From the human T2T-CHM13v2.0 reference genome, Homo sapiens: a stretch of 64,000 bases of DNA. The notes beneath the pieces were generated by a model. It saw only the letters and a program-made list of their open reading frames with translations, ran no database searches and was not told the DNA's origin. The position numbers were made by a program, and so were the translations under genes. Each line of letters starts with the position of its first letter. Position 1 is the stretch's first letter. Shown in pieces: positions 47,250-62,259 of this stretch. The stretch lies in NCBI RefSeq assembly GCF_009914755.1, contig NC_060938.1. One strand, given 5' to 3'.

Positions 47250-48905
47250 ATGAAACTTAGAAAAGAATTTGTCAATAATCAATAATTACTGAAAAATTGA
47301 TATATCAAGACATTGTGATTTGAGATACAAAATAGATGGTAGCTATGTAAAAAATGATAAAAAATAATGGAAATATAAAGGTGAGGAAACTCCTAATAAA
47401 GAAACAATTATGAAAAGGGAAACTTACAGGAATGAAAAATATAATTTAAAAATTTGATGGATTAATCAGCAGAAAGTATACAATTGGAGGATAAATTATC
47501 AACCTTGATCAATCTGCAGATGTATACTATATTGTAAATAATGTTGATATGCAGGAAAGAATGAAAGAAAAGTAAGAAATATGAAAGGCAAAATGAGGAA
47601 GTCTAACACATCTGATGGAGGCCTAGAAGGAAAAAAGAGAACAACTATAAAATAAGAAATATTTGAGGAGATAATGATTGTTAATTTCCATGAGTTGATA
47701 TAAAACACAGATTTATATATGAAGGAATAAATAAAAATCCCAAGCAGGATTTTTAAAACTCCGCCTTGTGAAGCTACAGAACACCAAAGACAAATTAGAA
47801 GATCATGAAAACTGCTAGAGAGAATGAAAAGATTGCCCAGAAAACATATTAGGACCGCAATTGTAATCCATGGCACAGTGAATAAATATTTACAAAGCCT
47901 TAAGCAAAATTAACAGTTCGTCTAAAATTACATGTGCTGTAAATATATAAAAACAAAATAAAAAGATTTATATTTACTTCAGAGAATTTACCACAGAAGT
48001 CATTCTCTAAATGAAATTCCAAACCGAAACAGTTTGAGATTGAAAAAATATATTGTTGACCAAATAAGGAGATAAATTCAGACAAATGTTATCTTATAAA
48101 ATGTTAATATTAAGAAAAGGAAGAAATAAAAATTTAGGCAACAACATCATGTAAGCTGGGAGAAAAAAATGAGCTAAAATACTTTTTTTCATTATGAAAG
48201 TTGATAATAACTCATTAATTTTAAGTTTTAGTTGAGTTCAATATATGTAATAAACTTATACTTCTAAGAATTTACACAGAAAAAGTCATGTAAAATATCA
48301 AAGCCACTAAAATGAAAAGTAAAGGGTGAGCATAGAACAATAAATAAGAACAAGAGCAAACCTAAGTTCATTCAAAAGAGGAAAAATGAAAGAAAAAAGG
48401 AAACGAAAAAGTGAAACAAATAGAAAAACGAAGTCACTTGGCAGCAAAAATTTCAAATGGATTCATTATCAATATAAGTTGAAATTGACAAAATTTATAA
48501 AAGGCAAGAGATTGTCAACTGGAATAAAACAAACATATAACTAAATATAACGGGATATACAATAAAAACTTAAATTCCAAAATGAGAAAAAGCTTACGAG
48601 ACAATAGCTATCAAAATAAAGCTTGGAAAACTATATTAATATATAGAAAAGTGTATTTTTTGATTAAAATAACAACCAGTAGTAGGAAAAGCAATAGAAT
48701 AATGGCAAAGTACCTAATTCTGGTTTAATGCCAGGAAATTATAGCAATTTTGAACATCTATGTATCGAAGATTGTCTCAAATATATAAATCAAAAATTAA
48801 TTGAGCCATAAGACATGTTAGACAAATCATCCTTAATGTGAAAAATTCAACATAATTTAATTCAATACACTGAGAAAATAAAAGTAAATTTATAAAGAAT
48901 GTAAA
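47250..48905 (+). mobile_element. Very old L1 (L1ME/MD-class) ORF1 and start of ORF2, resuming at ~50150-50330
   Basis: ORF1-like AAATGAGGAAGTCTAACACATCTG, AATATTTGAGGAGATAATGATTGTTAATTTCC and AGAACACCAAAGACAAA. ORF2-like TAAAAGGCAAGAGATTGTCAACTGGA. Confidence 0.75.
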
Positions 48906-50140
48906 TACAAAATTGAAACTGCACACCTTCCTTACACCAAATACAAAAACTAACTCAAGATGGATTAAAGACTTAAATGTAATAGCCAAAACTATAAAAG
49001 CCCTAGAAGAAAATCTAGGCAATACCATTCAGGACATAGGCACAGGCAAAGATTTCATGATGAAATAGCCAAAAGCTTTTGCAACCAAAGTCAAAATTGA
49101 CAAATGGGATCTAATTAAACTAAAGAGCTTCTGCACAGCAAAAGAAAGCATCATCAGGGTGAACAGATAACCTACAGAGTGGGAGAAAATCTTTGCAATC
49201 TATCCATTTAGCAAAGGTCTGATAGCCAGAATCTACAAGGAATTCAATTTACAAGAAAAAAACCAACAACCCCATTAAAAAGTGGGCAAAGGACTTGAAC
49301 AGACACTTCTCAAAAGAAGACACTCAGGCGGCCAACAAACGTATGAAAAAAACAAAAAACTCAACATCACTGATCATTAGAGAAATTCAAACCAAAACCA
49401 CAATGAGATACCATCTCACACCAGTCAGAAAGGCCATTATTAAAAAGTCAAGAAACAACAGATGCTGGCGAGGTTGTGGAGAAATAGAAACGCTTTTACA
49501 CTGTTGATGGGAATGTAAATTATTTCAACCATTGTGGAAGATGGTGTGGTGATTCCTCAAAGATCTAAAACCAGAAATACCATTTGACTCAGTAATTCCG
49601 TTACTGGGTATATACCCAAAGTAATATAAATCATTACATTATAAAGGCATATGCACGCATATGTTTATTGCAGCACTATTCACAATAGCAAGAACATGGA
49701 ATCAACCCAAATGTCCATCAGTGATAGACTGGATAAAGAAAATGTGGTTCACATACACCATGGAATACAATGCAGCCATAAAAAGGAATGAGATCATGTC
49801 CTTTACAGTAACATGAATAAAGCTAGAAGCCATTATCCTCAGCAAACTAACACAGGAATAGAAAACCAAACACCTGATGCTCTTACTTATGTATGGGAGT
49901 TGAACAATGAGATCACGTGGACACGGGGAGGGGAACAAAACACACTGGGTACTGTTGGAGGGTGTGGTGGGAGGGGGGAGACTATTAGAAAAATAGCTAA
50001 TGCATACTGTGCTTAATACCTAGGTGCTGGGTTGATAGGTGTAGCAAACCACTATAGCACATGACTACCTATGTAACAAACCTGCACACACTGCACATGT
50101 GCCCCGGAACTAAAAGTAAAAATAAATTAAAAAATAAAAA
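48906..50140 (+). mobile_element. L1PA (L1PA10-13-like) 3' ~1.2 kb: ORF2 end, 3' UTR and poly(A)
   Basis: AACTCAAGATGGATTAAAGACTTAAATGTAA...CAAATGGGATCTAATTAAACTAAAGAGCTTCTGCACAGC...ACCTATGTAACAAACCTGCAC plus an A-rich tail. Confidence 0.96.
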
Positions 50141-50584
50141 GACAAAAACATTAATATTTAATCCAATTAACATACACATAATTCTGTATCCTTGATTTTA
50201 TATCCAAAAATTAGAAGTAAACATTTTTCTCTATATTCATTAGATACTTACAAAATTGATTCTATACTAGGCTATAAAGCAAGGCATAACTTATTTCAAA
50301 TAACAGGTATTTCACATAATAGGTTTTCAATTGTATTGATGCAAACTGCTTCCTTTCATGTGTCTCACAAAGGAACTTAAACAGGTAAGTACGGTTATCT
50401 AAGAGATATGTATTTCCTGTCATTGAAAATGTTATAGAAGCCACTTTTGAAGAAGAAAAGTTAATTGGACCCTACTGTCAAAAAAGCTAAGAAAATCCTG
50501 GGTCAAGCAAATCAATTTCCATAGTCTTGTATAGCCTTATGTAGGAGGAAGTAGAACAAAAGTTAAAGACCTCCTCCCTGACAT

Positions 50585-50790
50585 GAGTCTAGCTTAAATC
50601 CAGCTGTGGCATTCACTGTAGTGTGGAAATTTGGGACAGGATAGTCTATCTCACAGTATCTCAGATTGCTTATTGATAAAATGTGAACATATAATATTAA
50701 TGTAAAGATTAAATGAGATGAAACATACAAAGTCTTTAAAGGATTGCCTAGTATACATTACACATTCAGAAAATTTCAACTTTATTATGT
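50585..50790 (+). mobile_element. MIR
   Basis: TTAAATCCAGCT...TCTCAGATTGCTTATTGATAAAATG...GTAAAGATTAAATGAGATG. Confidence 0.75.
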
Positions 50791-51332
50791 ATGTTCACAT
50801 TGACTCTCTTAGAGAGGATTCATAGTATATGACATCCTCCAAACTTGTTCTCCACTGGGCTCTTTTGTTGTTGTTGTTATTAATTTGTTTCAGAAGCAGC
50901 TCAAGGAAATACCATTCTGTACAATACATTTTAAGAATTACTATTGCAGAGGAGTCGTTCTAAATTTATGATTTCAGACTCACTAAAATAAAAATTAACT
51001 GAGCGCATATTCATTCTATCAACAAATACAATTTGAATTCTTACTGTGGAGCAGATATTTGTGGATCCTGCACTGGCAGGTGGGAGTAAAGGCAGGGGCA
51101 TCTTGTCTATCTTAGCTAAAGCACAGTAATTTTCAGAGTCAAAACATTTCAATAAATGTCAAAGGTCATGAGGATGGTCCCCAAATTTGGCAATTTCAAT
51201 GATTTCCTTTTTCTTATTAGGAATTGTTTCATTCCTATACAGAGAATTATAGATTTTGTGTGTTACTTGTGTTCTGTATGTAATTTGCTTGTGCAGTATT
51301 CTCATGCTTTTTCAATGTCACATAATTAATAC

Positions 51333-51495
51333 CTCACTCAGCAAATATGTTTGTGACTCTACACTGGCATTGTGCTAGACATTGTCACGAAAAAGTGAAT
51401 GAGTGACACAATTCTGCCTTCATTGGGTTGCAGTCTCCCTTGGAAAAAAATTTCTAAATAAGCAGTGACAGTAACACAGACTGCCATGATATTTG
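51333..51495 (-). mobile_element. L2 3' fragment
   Basis: CACTCAGCAAATATGTTTG...GGCATTGTGCTAGACATTG...TCTGCCTTCATTGGGTTGCAGTCT. Confidence 0.65.
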
Positions 51496-51859
51496 AGAAC
51501 ACAGCATTAAGTAACAGCAGCAACAATTTCTATACAAATGAGTATGCTATTAATTTATGTAATCCATGTTAAATATTCTTAAGAATTTAAAGCAAACACA
51601 AAACCTTTTTTGTTGAGTCTCAGAATGCAATTTGTGTTACTAACTAGAACACTCTGTTGTTAATTTGAGTATATTAAGATTTTTTAAAAAGACAAAAATG
51701 AGAGGTCTGTCATGGAGGCTAACAATTTCAAATCATATCTCCAAGGCAAATCTACGGACATTTGGAAAACAGGGACATTTCAAATGTCCCAAGGACAGAG
51801 ACCCTTCTTACCCAGACACATATAGTTAAAGCAACTAAAAAACAATGCCAAGTACCTCC

Positions 51860-51900
51860 GTGTGTGTGTGTGTGTGTGTGTGTGATGTGTGTGATGTATG
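51860..51900. repeat. (GT)n microsatellite
   Basis: GTGTGTGTGTGTGTGTGTGTGTGTGATGTGTGTGATGTATG. Confidence 0.95.
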
Positions 51901-51983
51901 CACATCTATTTTTCCCTAACAAGACAATATGAATGACTTAGCATTTCTCCATCCTAAACTTCTTTTAAAAATTGCTCTAAGTT

Positions 51984-53060
51984 GCTTTGTTCATTTTGAT
52001 CAGGACTTATTTGGCCACTGGAGATCTTTTGCAGTTCCATATAAATTTTAGGATTATTTTTTCTATTTCTGTGAAGAATGTCATTAGTATTTTGATAGGG
52101 ATTGCATAAAATCTGTAGATCGCTTTGGGTAGCATGGACTTTTTAACAATATCAATTCATCTAATCCATGAACATTGGATATCTTTCAATTTATTCGTGT
52201 CCTCTTCAATTTTTTCATCAATGTTTTATACGTTTTATTATCGAGATCGTTCACCTCCTTGGCTAAATTTATTCCTAGGTATTATTTTGGGGCTATAATA
52301 AATAGGGTTGTTTTACTTTCTTGATTTCTTTTTTATATAGTTTGCTATTGGTGTATAGAAACACTACTGATTTTTGCATGTAGGTTTTGTATCCTACAAC
52401 TTTACTGAATTCATTTATTAGTTCTAAAAGTTTTTTGCTATATTCTTTAAAGTTTTCTATATATAAGATCAGGTCATCTGTAAAGAAGGATAATTTGACT
52501 TCCTCCTTTCTAATTTGGATTCCCTTTATTTCTTTCTCTAGACTAATTGCTCTGGCTAGGACTTCTGGTACTATGTTAAATAAAAGATGAAAGTAACCAT
52601 CCTTATATTGTTCCAGATCTTAGAGGAAAGAGTTTAACTATTCCCCATTCAGTATGATGTTAGCTATGAATTTGTCATATATGGCTTTTATTGTGTTGAG
52701 GTATGTTAATTCTACAGCTAATTTATTGAGAGTTTTTATTATGAAGTGAAGTTGAATTTTATCAAATGCTTTTCCTGCATTTATTGAAAAGATTATATAC
52801 TTTTGTAATTGATTCTGTTGAAATAATATTTCATATTTATTGATTTGAATATGTTGACCCATCCTTGACGAATCTCACTCGATCGTGGTAAATGGTCATC
52901 CTAATGTGCTATTGAATTAGTTTTTCTAGCATTTTGTCAGATTTTTGCATCAATGTTTGTCAGCGATGTTGGCCTATATTTTCTTTTTTGTTATGTCCTT
53001 GTCTGGTTTTGGTATCAGGGTAATACCAGCATCATAGAATGAGTTTGAAAGAATTTCTAT
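51984..53060 (-). mobile_element. L1MA ORF2 segment, inverted 5' part of a twin-primed insertion
   Basis: Antisense ORF2 (TTCCATATAAATTTTAGGA...TCTGTGAAGAATGTCATT...GGTTTTGGTATCAGGGTAAT). Shares a TSD with the following sense segment. Confidence 0.92.
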
Positions 53061-54592
53061 TTTAGTAACCAAGACACCATGATACTGGCATAAGAAATGG
53101 ACACAGAACAATGTATCAGAATAAAGGACACAGAAATAAACTCACTATAGCCAATTGATTTTTAACAAAGATACCAAGAACACACAGTGGGGAAAGAACA
53201 GTCTCCTCAAAAATGGTGCTGTAAAAATTGGATATCCACATGCAGAAGAATAAAAGATCATTATCTCTTACCATATACAAACGTCAACTCAAAATGGATT
53301 ACAGATTTAAATGTAAGACCTGAACCTATAAAACTACTATAAGAAAACATAAAGAAAATGTTTCATGAACTTAGCTTGGGCAATAATTCTTTGGATAAAA
53401 ACTCAAAAGCTCAGGCAACAAAAGCAAAAAAAGAAAAATGGGATTAAATCAAACTAAAAAGATTTTGCTAAACAAAGAAAATAATCTTTGTCTAAACAGA
53501 CAACTTGCAGAATCAGAGAAAATACTTGCAAATTATGCACCTGGCAAGGATAATATCTAGAATATATAAGGAACTCAGACAATTCTATAGCAAAAAAAAA
53601 AATCTTATTTTGAAATGGGCAAAATACCTGAATAAATATTTCTTCAAGGAAAACATACAAAAATCCAGTACGAATATAAAAAATGCTAAGCATCATCAAT
53701 CATCAGGTAAGTGCAAATCAAAGCCACAATGAAATATCATCTCACCTTAGTTAGAATGGCTATAATAAAAAAGATTAAAAAATAACAAATGCTAGTCTGG
53801 ATGTGGAGAAATAGGAACCCTTATACACTGTTGGGAATGTAAATTAATGTTGGCATTATGAAAAATAATATGGAGGTCCCTCAAAAAATTAAAAATAGAA
53901 CTATCATATGAGCCAGCAATCCCACTACTGTATATGTATCCAAAAGAAATGAAATCAGTATGTCCAAGAGATAGCTGCACCCTCATGTTCATTGCAACAT
54001 TATTCTTCATAGAGAAGATATGAAATCAACACAAGTGTCTATCAACAGATGAACAGATAAAGAAAAAAAATATATATATACACACACACAAAGAAATACT
54101 AATCATCAACAAAAATGAATGAAATCCTGTCATTGATGGTAACATGGATAAACTTTGATGACATTGTGTTAACTGAAAATACAAGAACAGAAAACCGAGT
54201 ACAGCATGATGTCACACATTCGTGGAATTTTAAAAAGCTGATCTCATAGAATTACAGAGTAGAGTAACGCTTGACAGTGGCTGAGAAGAGTAGGGAGTAG
54301 GAAGGAATGGGGAAAGATTGTTCAACAGATACAACATTACAGATATATAACAGAAATAAGTTCTGATGTTCTATTGCACAGTAGGATGGATATAGTTAAC
54401 AATATCAGAAGAGAGAATGTGAAAGTCCTCACCACAAAATAATGATAAATATTTGAGGTCATAGATAAGCTAAATACCCTAATTTGATTTTTACACAAGG
54501 TATACATGTATCAAGACATCACACTATACCCATAAATCTGTACAAGTATTATGTACCAATTAAAAATAAAATCTAAGATTAAAAAAAGCACA
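53061..54592 (+). mobile_element. L1MA (L1MA3-5-like) ORF2 end, 3' UTR and poly(A)
   Basis: AGTAACCAAGACACCATGATACTGGCATAA...CCAGCAATCCCACTACTG...GTTCTATTGCACAGTAGG...ACATCACACTATACCCATAAAT. TSD at 51966-51983 and 54593-54610. Confidence 0.94.
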
Positions 54593-55023
54593 TAAAAATT
54601 ATTCTAAGTTTTTGGCTCCTTGACAGCAAAAACACACTGAGAAATAAGATGTTCATTTGATTATGGAAATGCTGGAAAGCTGGAAGTCAACTTTAAGTGT
54701 ATTCCCTTTAAGTGACCTTCATAATACAGTTTTTCTGCAAGTATTTCTGCGAGAGTCATCTGTGCTGCTAATTAGTTTTTAGATTCGCTTACCTTTTTCT
54801 GTTAATTGGAAGTTATCACTCTGCTTCTCATCCCCCATCCCTTAATATTATTCATTAAGAATAGTTACAAGAAATAATTATTCATGCTTATGTGTACAAT
54901 TTGTTTATTTGGAAAGAATTCTGTATTGGTAAATAAATCCAGGCAACAGGAGTTGGCAGGAAGACTATTATGGAGACGTTTTGATAAGTAGTGTTTATGG
55001 GTGTGTGGCAAAGCACACCATTG

Positions 55024-55084
55024 CAAATTTCAAATTTTCAAATTTCAAGTTTTCAAATTTCAAGTATTTAAATTTCAAAATTTC
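55024..55084. repeat. Degenerate (CAAATTT)n heptamer array
   Basis: CAAATTT CAAATTTT CAAATTT CAAGTTTT CAAATTT CAAGTATT TAAATTT CAAAATTT. Confidence 0.85.
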
Positions 55085-55897
55085 CCAGGAATTTTGAATT
55101 GGAGATTGAGATAGAGTCAAGATTGGGACACCCAAAAGTGGTTGCCAGAGCCCTGAGCACTACACTTAGGGAACCCTAGTTTAACTATCGCTGGAGGAAA
55201 ATGTATAGGTAATTTCTTAGATGTATAGAAAATAAGTGATCCTGATGTCAAATAGCACATGATAGAAATAATGTTTCATTTCTGATAGAAATAACATGTG
55301 ATTCTACTGATAAATAAAGTATTCTTTTCAAAATTCTTCTCTATGTCAAGAATACAAAGGAATGGTTTTATAGAAAACTGAAGTTTTTTTCTAAATATAT
55401 GTATGCACCTGTGTTCACATTTTGTGTATGGGTGTGATTCCTTTGGAGATATAAAAATCCTTTATCATATACACATCAGGTTCGGAATGGGTGTTTATAA
55501 TTCTATTTGTTCTACAGTGAAAAGTGAGGCTTTAAAAAGCCATTACTAATGTTGCTATTAGTGAAAGATTATGTAGCTGCTATTTTGCTTTAGATCACAG
55601 TTTTTTTGGTTTTGTTTTTACATATGAGAATTATTACTCTCGTAGTATGTTCTCAGAGAAACTTCGATACGCACACACATGAACATGCATGCTAACATCC
55701 ACTGTTTTGTATAAACAATTAGGTTTACTGGAAGAACACACAAAAAGTCAAGATGCATGTTGCATTGGATTTTTCATAAGGTGAGGAAGACGAGATACAT
55801 CCTTGCTGTTGGTCAAGTGTGTTTGCACTGTTCCTGTTCCCACACTTTGCACAATTCTTTTCTAGGTCTGAAACCACTGACCCCCAACTACATACAG

Positions 55898-56707
<810 letters not shown>

Positions 56708-57444
56708 GGACCTCTGGCAGAGACCGATAACTGTCTCCCAATATTTTTTGCCTCCTTATTCTATAGCAATAGAATTATATAGTTAGTTTTGTGTTGCAAC
56801 CCAACAATAGGAACTTTGGATCTTGTTTTTCTTTGTGTAATAATAAACCTGGCATGTGGCACAAGTTTAAAACTCTATACTTGCTACATCTTTATGTCCT
56901 CGAGTTATACTCAAGTACATAAAGTTATAAGTTACATTATTAACTTGCCTAGTTTCTCCAGCACTTGGACCCTCATATTCATGTCAATATCTTTTGTCAG
57001 AGAGTTTTGACCTGGTAACTGGGACCTATTGACTTTTAAGGTCTGAAAATTTATCTAGCCATCTGGATCTTCAAAAATAGTTTGTTTTGGTTTTTTGTCT
57101 TACTGTGCATGCCTAGCTTCCCCACAGATTGGTAATGAAAATTTTATCCGTCCAAACAACCACATGAACCTATCACCACATCCCCACTGTTGCCTGTACT
57201 TCCACAGCTAGGTCACAGACCAAATCACTGTATGTCTGCTTCATGATAAGGAATTTAACCGACAATGGAACCAATAAAAATCCAGGATAGGGAAAGCTGT
57301 AGTATTTAGAAGTTCTAATGACATTAGAACAGGAAACCCCTCATAGAACCTACTTTCCACTCACATTTTTCTTTTTTAGGGGAGATCTATTTCAAAACAA
57401 CATTTTAGAGAGAAGCCTGTACATAAAATGTATAAAGAGCATCT

Positions 57445-57615
57445 CTGATTAAATCAGGGTGAAATCCACAGAATTGTTTTGACTCCTATATGACAATATT
57501 GAGGCTCCAGAGCAGTAAAAATGACTTTAAAACACATCAGAGACAGACCTGGGGGGTGAAACCTGGGTTTATAGACTTTCTTTCCCGAGCTCCTTCTCAC
57601 CACCACCTCATGGCC
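57445..57615 (-). mobile_element. MIR fragment
   Basis: ATTGAGGCTCCAGAGCAGTAAAAATGACTT...TGAAACCTGGGT. Confidence 0.5.
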
Positions 57616-59603
57616 GACTCCATAGGCAATGCACATTCTTAGACGGAAATCCCAAAGTTTATTTGACATATGAGATTAAATTAAAAGCAGTTAAAATGTT
57701 TACTGATAATATTTGAGAGAAAGACTTTGCTTTTCTTCTGGTATTTAACTTGGTGGGTGAAAAATGTTCCCTTCCCAACCTTTTCCTTGTAATTAGAGGT
57801 AAGTCCATTCTCATGATGGTAATATGCTAATATGAAACAGAACTCTTGAGGAAAGTTTATTCCTAGAAGAATGTCAGAGTATTTGTTTCTCTGTAGTTTG
57901 GTGGTCTTCATTAACAATCTCCAATGAAAGAAATTTTGGTGGGATGCCTTTTACGTTAGCCAAGTATTAAATAGCATTCATATAACATACTGGCAAATTT
58001 AAAACATTAATGTTTATAACTGAAAATAAAACCCAGTAATTCTCAATGGATTAGAAAATATTAGAAACTATATTCCAAAGAAGTTATATAATTATGCTGA
58101 TCTCATTTTGTATTCCCATAATTTTATTGGCTTATTAATTATTCCATGTATTTTGTCCAATAAAATTATTTAATTGGTAAAAGAAATTGCAGTTTGGGTA
58201 AAGATACAATTGAGCTCACTTTATGCATTTTGGCATATCATTCCTCTGCAAAATTTATAAATTACAATGAATGAGGTCATGTGAGTGGCAGTGGAAAATA
58301 AAATGCATCTATATATGCATTTTTAATAGGATTCAGCATATTTCAAGAACACAAAATGATTGCGAAGCAGAGGCTTTTTGTAAATATTGAAAAACAATGT
58401 TTAAGAAACTCTATTTCTAAAGCAACGTTGTCCTTCTCTGTTCTCTGATTCCATACTAAATCTTTTTACAAATTTGATTTGTAACTTACATCCTAATAAT
58501 TTGGATTCTTTTGTTTTTGGGAAACTAAAACAAAAAATTCAAGGTAATGTTATTTATTTAAAACAATGTCATGGAGATAAATTGTCATTAAGGAATAGAC
58601 AGCTAGATAGGAAGATAGATGGGCAGACAGATAGATATACTTAACTCTATGGACTCATAATTATACAGACACGTAGTTAGAGTTACAGCATACAATCTGT
58701 CTGAGAAAGTACAGTTTTTTTTCCTCTTTCGTTACCCTCGTGTTCCCAAATCTAGCATTTCGTGCTCTAGTTACATTAAACGGCAGATTTCAGGAATATT
58801 TTATGCTGTTTTTCATTTTCCAGTCTTTGCTTCTCCTCCTTCCTTGTACTGCATTGTCTTTCCTTCTTATATGCCTAATCAGCTGTGAGGGCAGACATTA
58901 CTATCTCCTCTCTGAAGCTCTCCCTGGTCTGCCTTCCTGGAATTTATTTCTTCCCTGTACTATTTCCAGATTTCAAATTATTTTCACATATCAGACCTTA
59001 GCTGATAGTCTTAAATATTCTGAAGTCCCAGACAATCTGAAGTACACCGAATTTGGCAATCTGCTAGAGAAAATAAAGAATGGCATCGGGAAAAATTATT
59101 CCTCTGAAATCTGTCTGTTTTCCTGAATAAAATATTTCTCACTGGTCACAATGACTATGATTATTTATACTTTCTCAACATGCCTCAAATATATTGAACC
59201 TTCCCATTTAGCAAAGGTCTTTGCCTCCTATGTCCTAGGCAAATCCAATGCCATCAAACAGGAAACATGGATCTTGTGACATGCTTGTTCTTTCTGTCCT
59301 TCTAGGGACTATAATTTTTGAATCACAGAGCAAGTTCATAGTTAATTTGGCTAATTACTGACAGATAGCTCTTTAGAAGATCTGTACTAAGTTACAGTCA
59401 ACTAGCAGAGCTCAATATCCCCTGCTTATGTATACTTTTCTCAACAGTTAGCTAATCTAATTTTTACTTTATGCCAATCAGATGTGCAAAGCTAGCTTTC
59501 GTTGTTGGCTTTCATTTGGATTTTCCTGATCACTGAGGAGTTTGACATTTCTTATTCTCTTATCCATTCAGTTTTCACATTCTGAGAAATCAGAATATGT
59601 ACT

Positions 59604-61420
<1,817 letters not shown>

Positions 61421-61545
61421 TGTTTTCTTTAAATTTATTATTCATTTTCAGGAAGGTTTCTTATAGCCTTAAATATAAAATATATCTGAGTTTCAAGGTG
61501 GGAGATGGCATTTTCCAATCTATCATTTGTTAACTCAGTCTAAGG

Positions 61546-62204
61546 TAGTGGTTATCAAAGGACACGGATTTTTCCCCTTGGAATTTTGGAAATATGGGGA
61601 GACATTTTGTGTTATCTTGGTGATTGGGGGGAGTTATATTGGCATGTTGTGGGTTAGAACCAGGGAAACTAGATTTTCTACAAAACTTTGATATGTTTCA
61701 CTAGGTAATTATTTGACTAGAAAATACTTAGAATTATTTGATCCTAAAACTGAACTCCATTTTAAATATACCACAAAGTAATTTTGAATAGTTTTTCGTA
61801 TACACTGTTTTCCCCAGAAATGCACCTATAATACAAATTTATGAAAGCATTGTGGGGAACCTTACCAAAAAATGTTGATCATTTTTGAAAATCAAATCAT
61901 GGACACTAATGAACCTCTTGGTGTTTGAATATACATTGAAACATCCATTCATAAATTAACATTTGTAGCTTTGAAGTCATAGTAATTCTATACATAGATG
62001 CTAATATAGCCTTGACAAACAATTTACCATTTCAAATACTGAATAGATCATTATAAATTTAAATTATTCTACTTCACCTTATATTAGAGTAATATATTAT
62101 ACTTTTAAAAATTATATTTGATATTGAGTTATAGTATACATTTTTGTGAGCATAGAAAGGAGAGCTTTACACAATATTTATTGTTAAAAGGAGATTTGGG
62201 GTCT
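61546..62204 (+). mobile_element. MER20B hAT-Charlie DNA transposon
   Basis: TAGTGGTTATCAA...TTTTGGAAATATGGGGAGACATTTTG...AACTCCATTTTAAATATACCACAAAGTA...TATACACTG...CATTTGTAGCT...TTACACAATATTT...TTGGGGTCT, colinear with MER20B as I recall it. Confidence 0.82.
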
Positions 62205-62259
62205 CCTGCTACATCAAGGTCTATATTAACCATATGTGAATAGCAATTCTTATTTTGGA

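Noticed and set aside
51756-51790. GGGACATTT-C-AAATGTCCC palindrome with a third partial copy upstream
   Set aside because: It is short, does not fit the p53 RRRCWWGYYY pattern, and may be a MITE remnant. No function can be supported.
53701-53712. Perfect CAG|GTAAGT donor inside the L1MA
   Set aside because: Two substitutions from the usual L1 CATCAGGGAAATGC explain it, and no good acceptor lies upstream in this A-rich sense L1.
58740-59126. 128-aa ORF with a protein-looking tail (DSLKYSE...DNLKYTE)
   Set aside because: It has a non-ATG start and a low-complexity hydrophobic N-terminal half. The internal echo follows a short local nucleotide repeat (TCTGAAGT), and I recognise no family. A BLASTX hit would reopen this.
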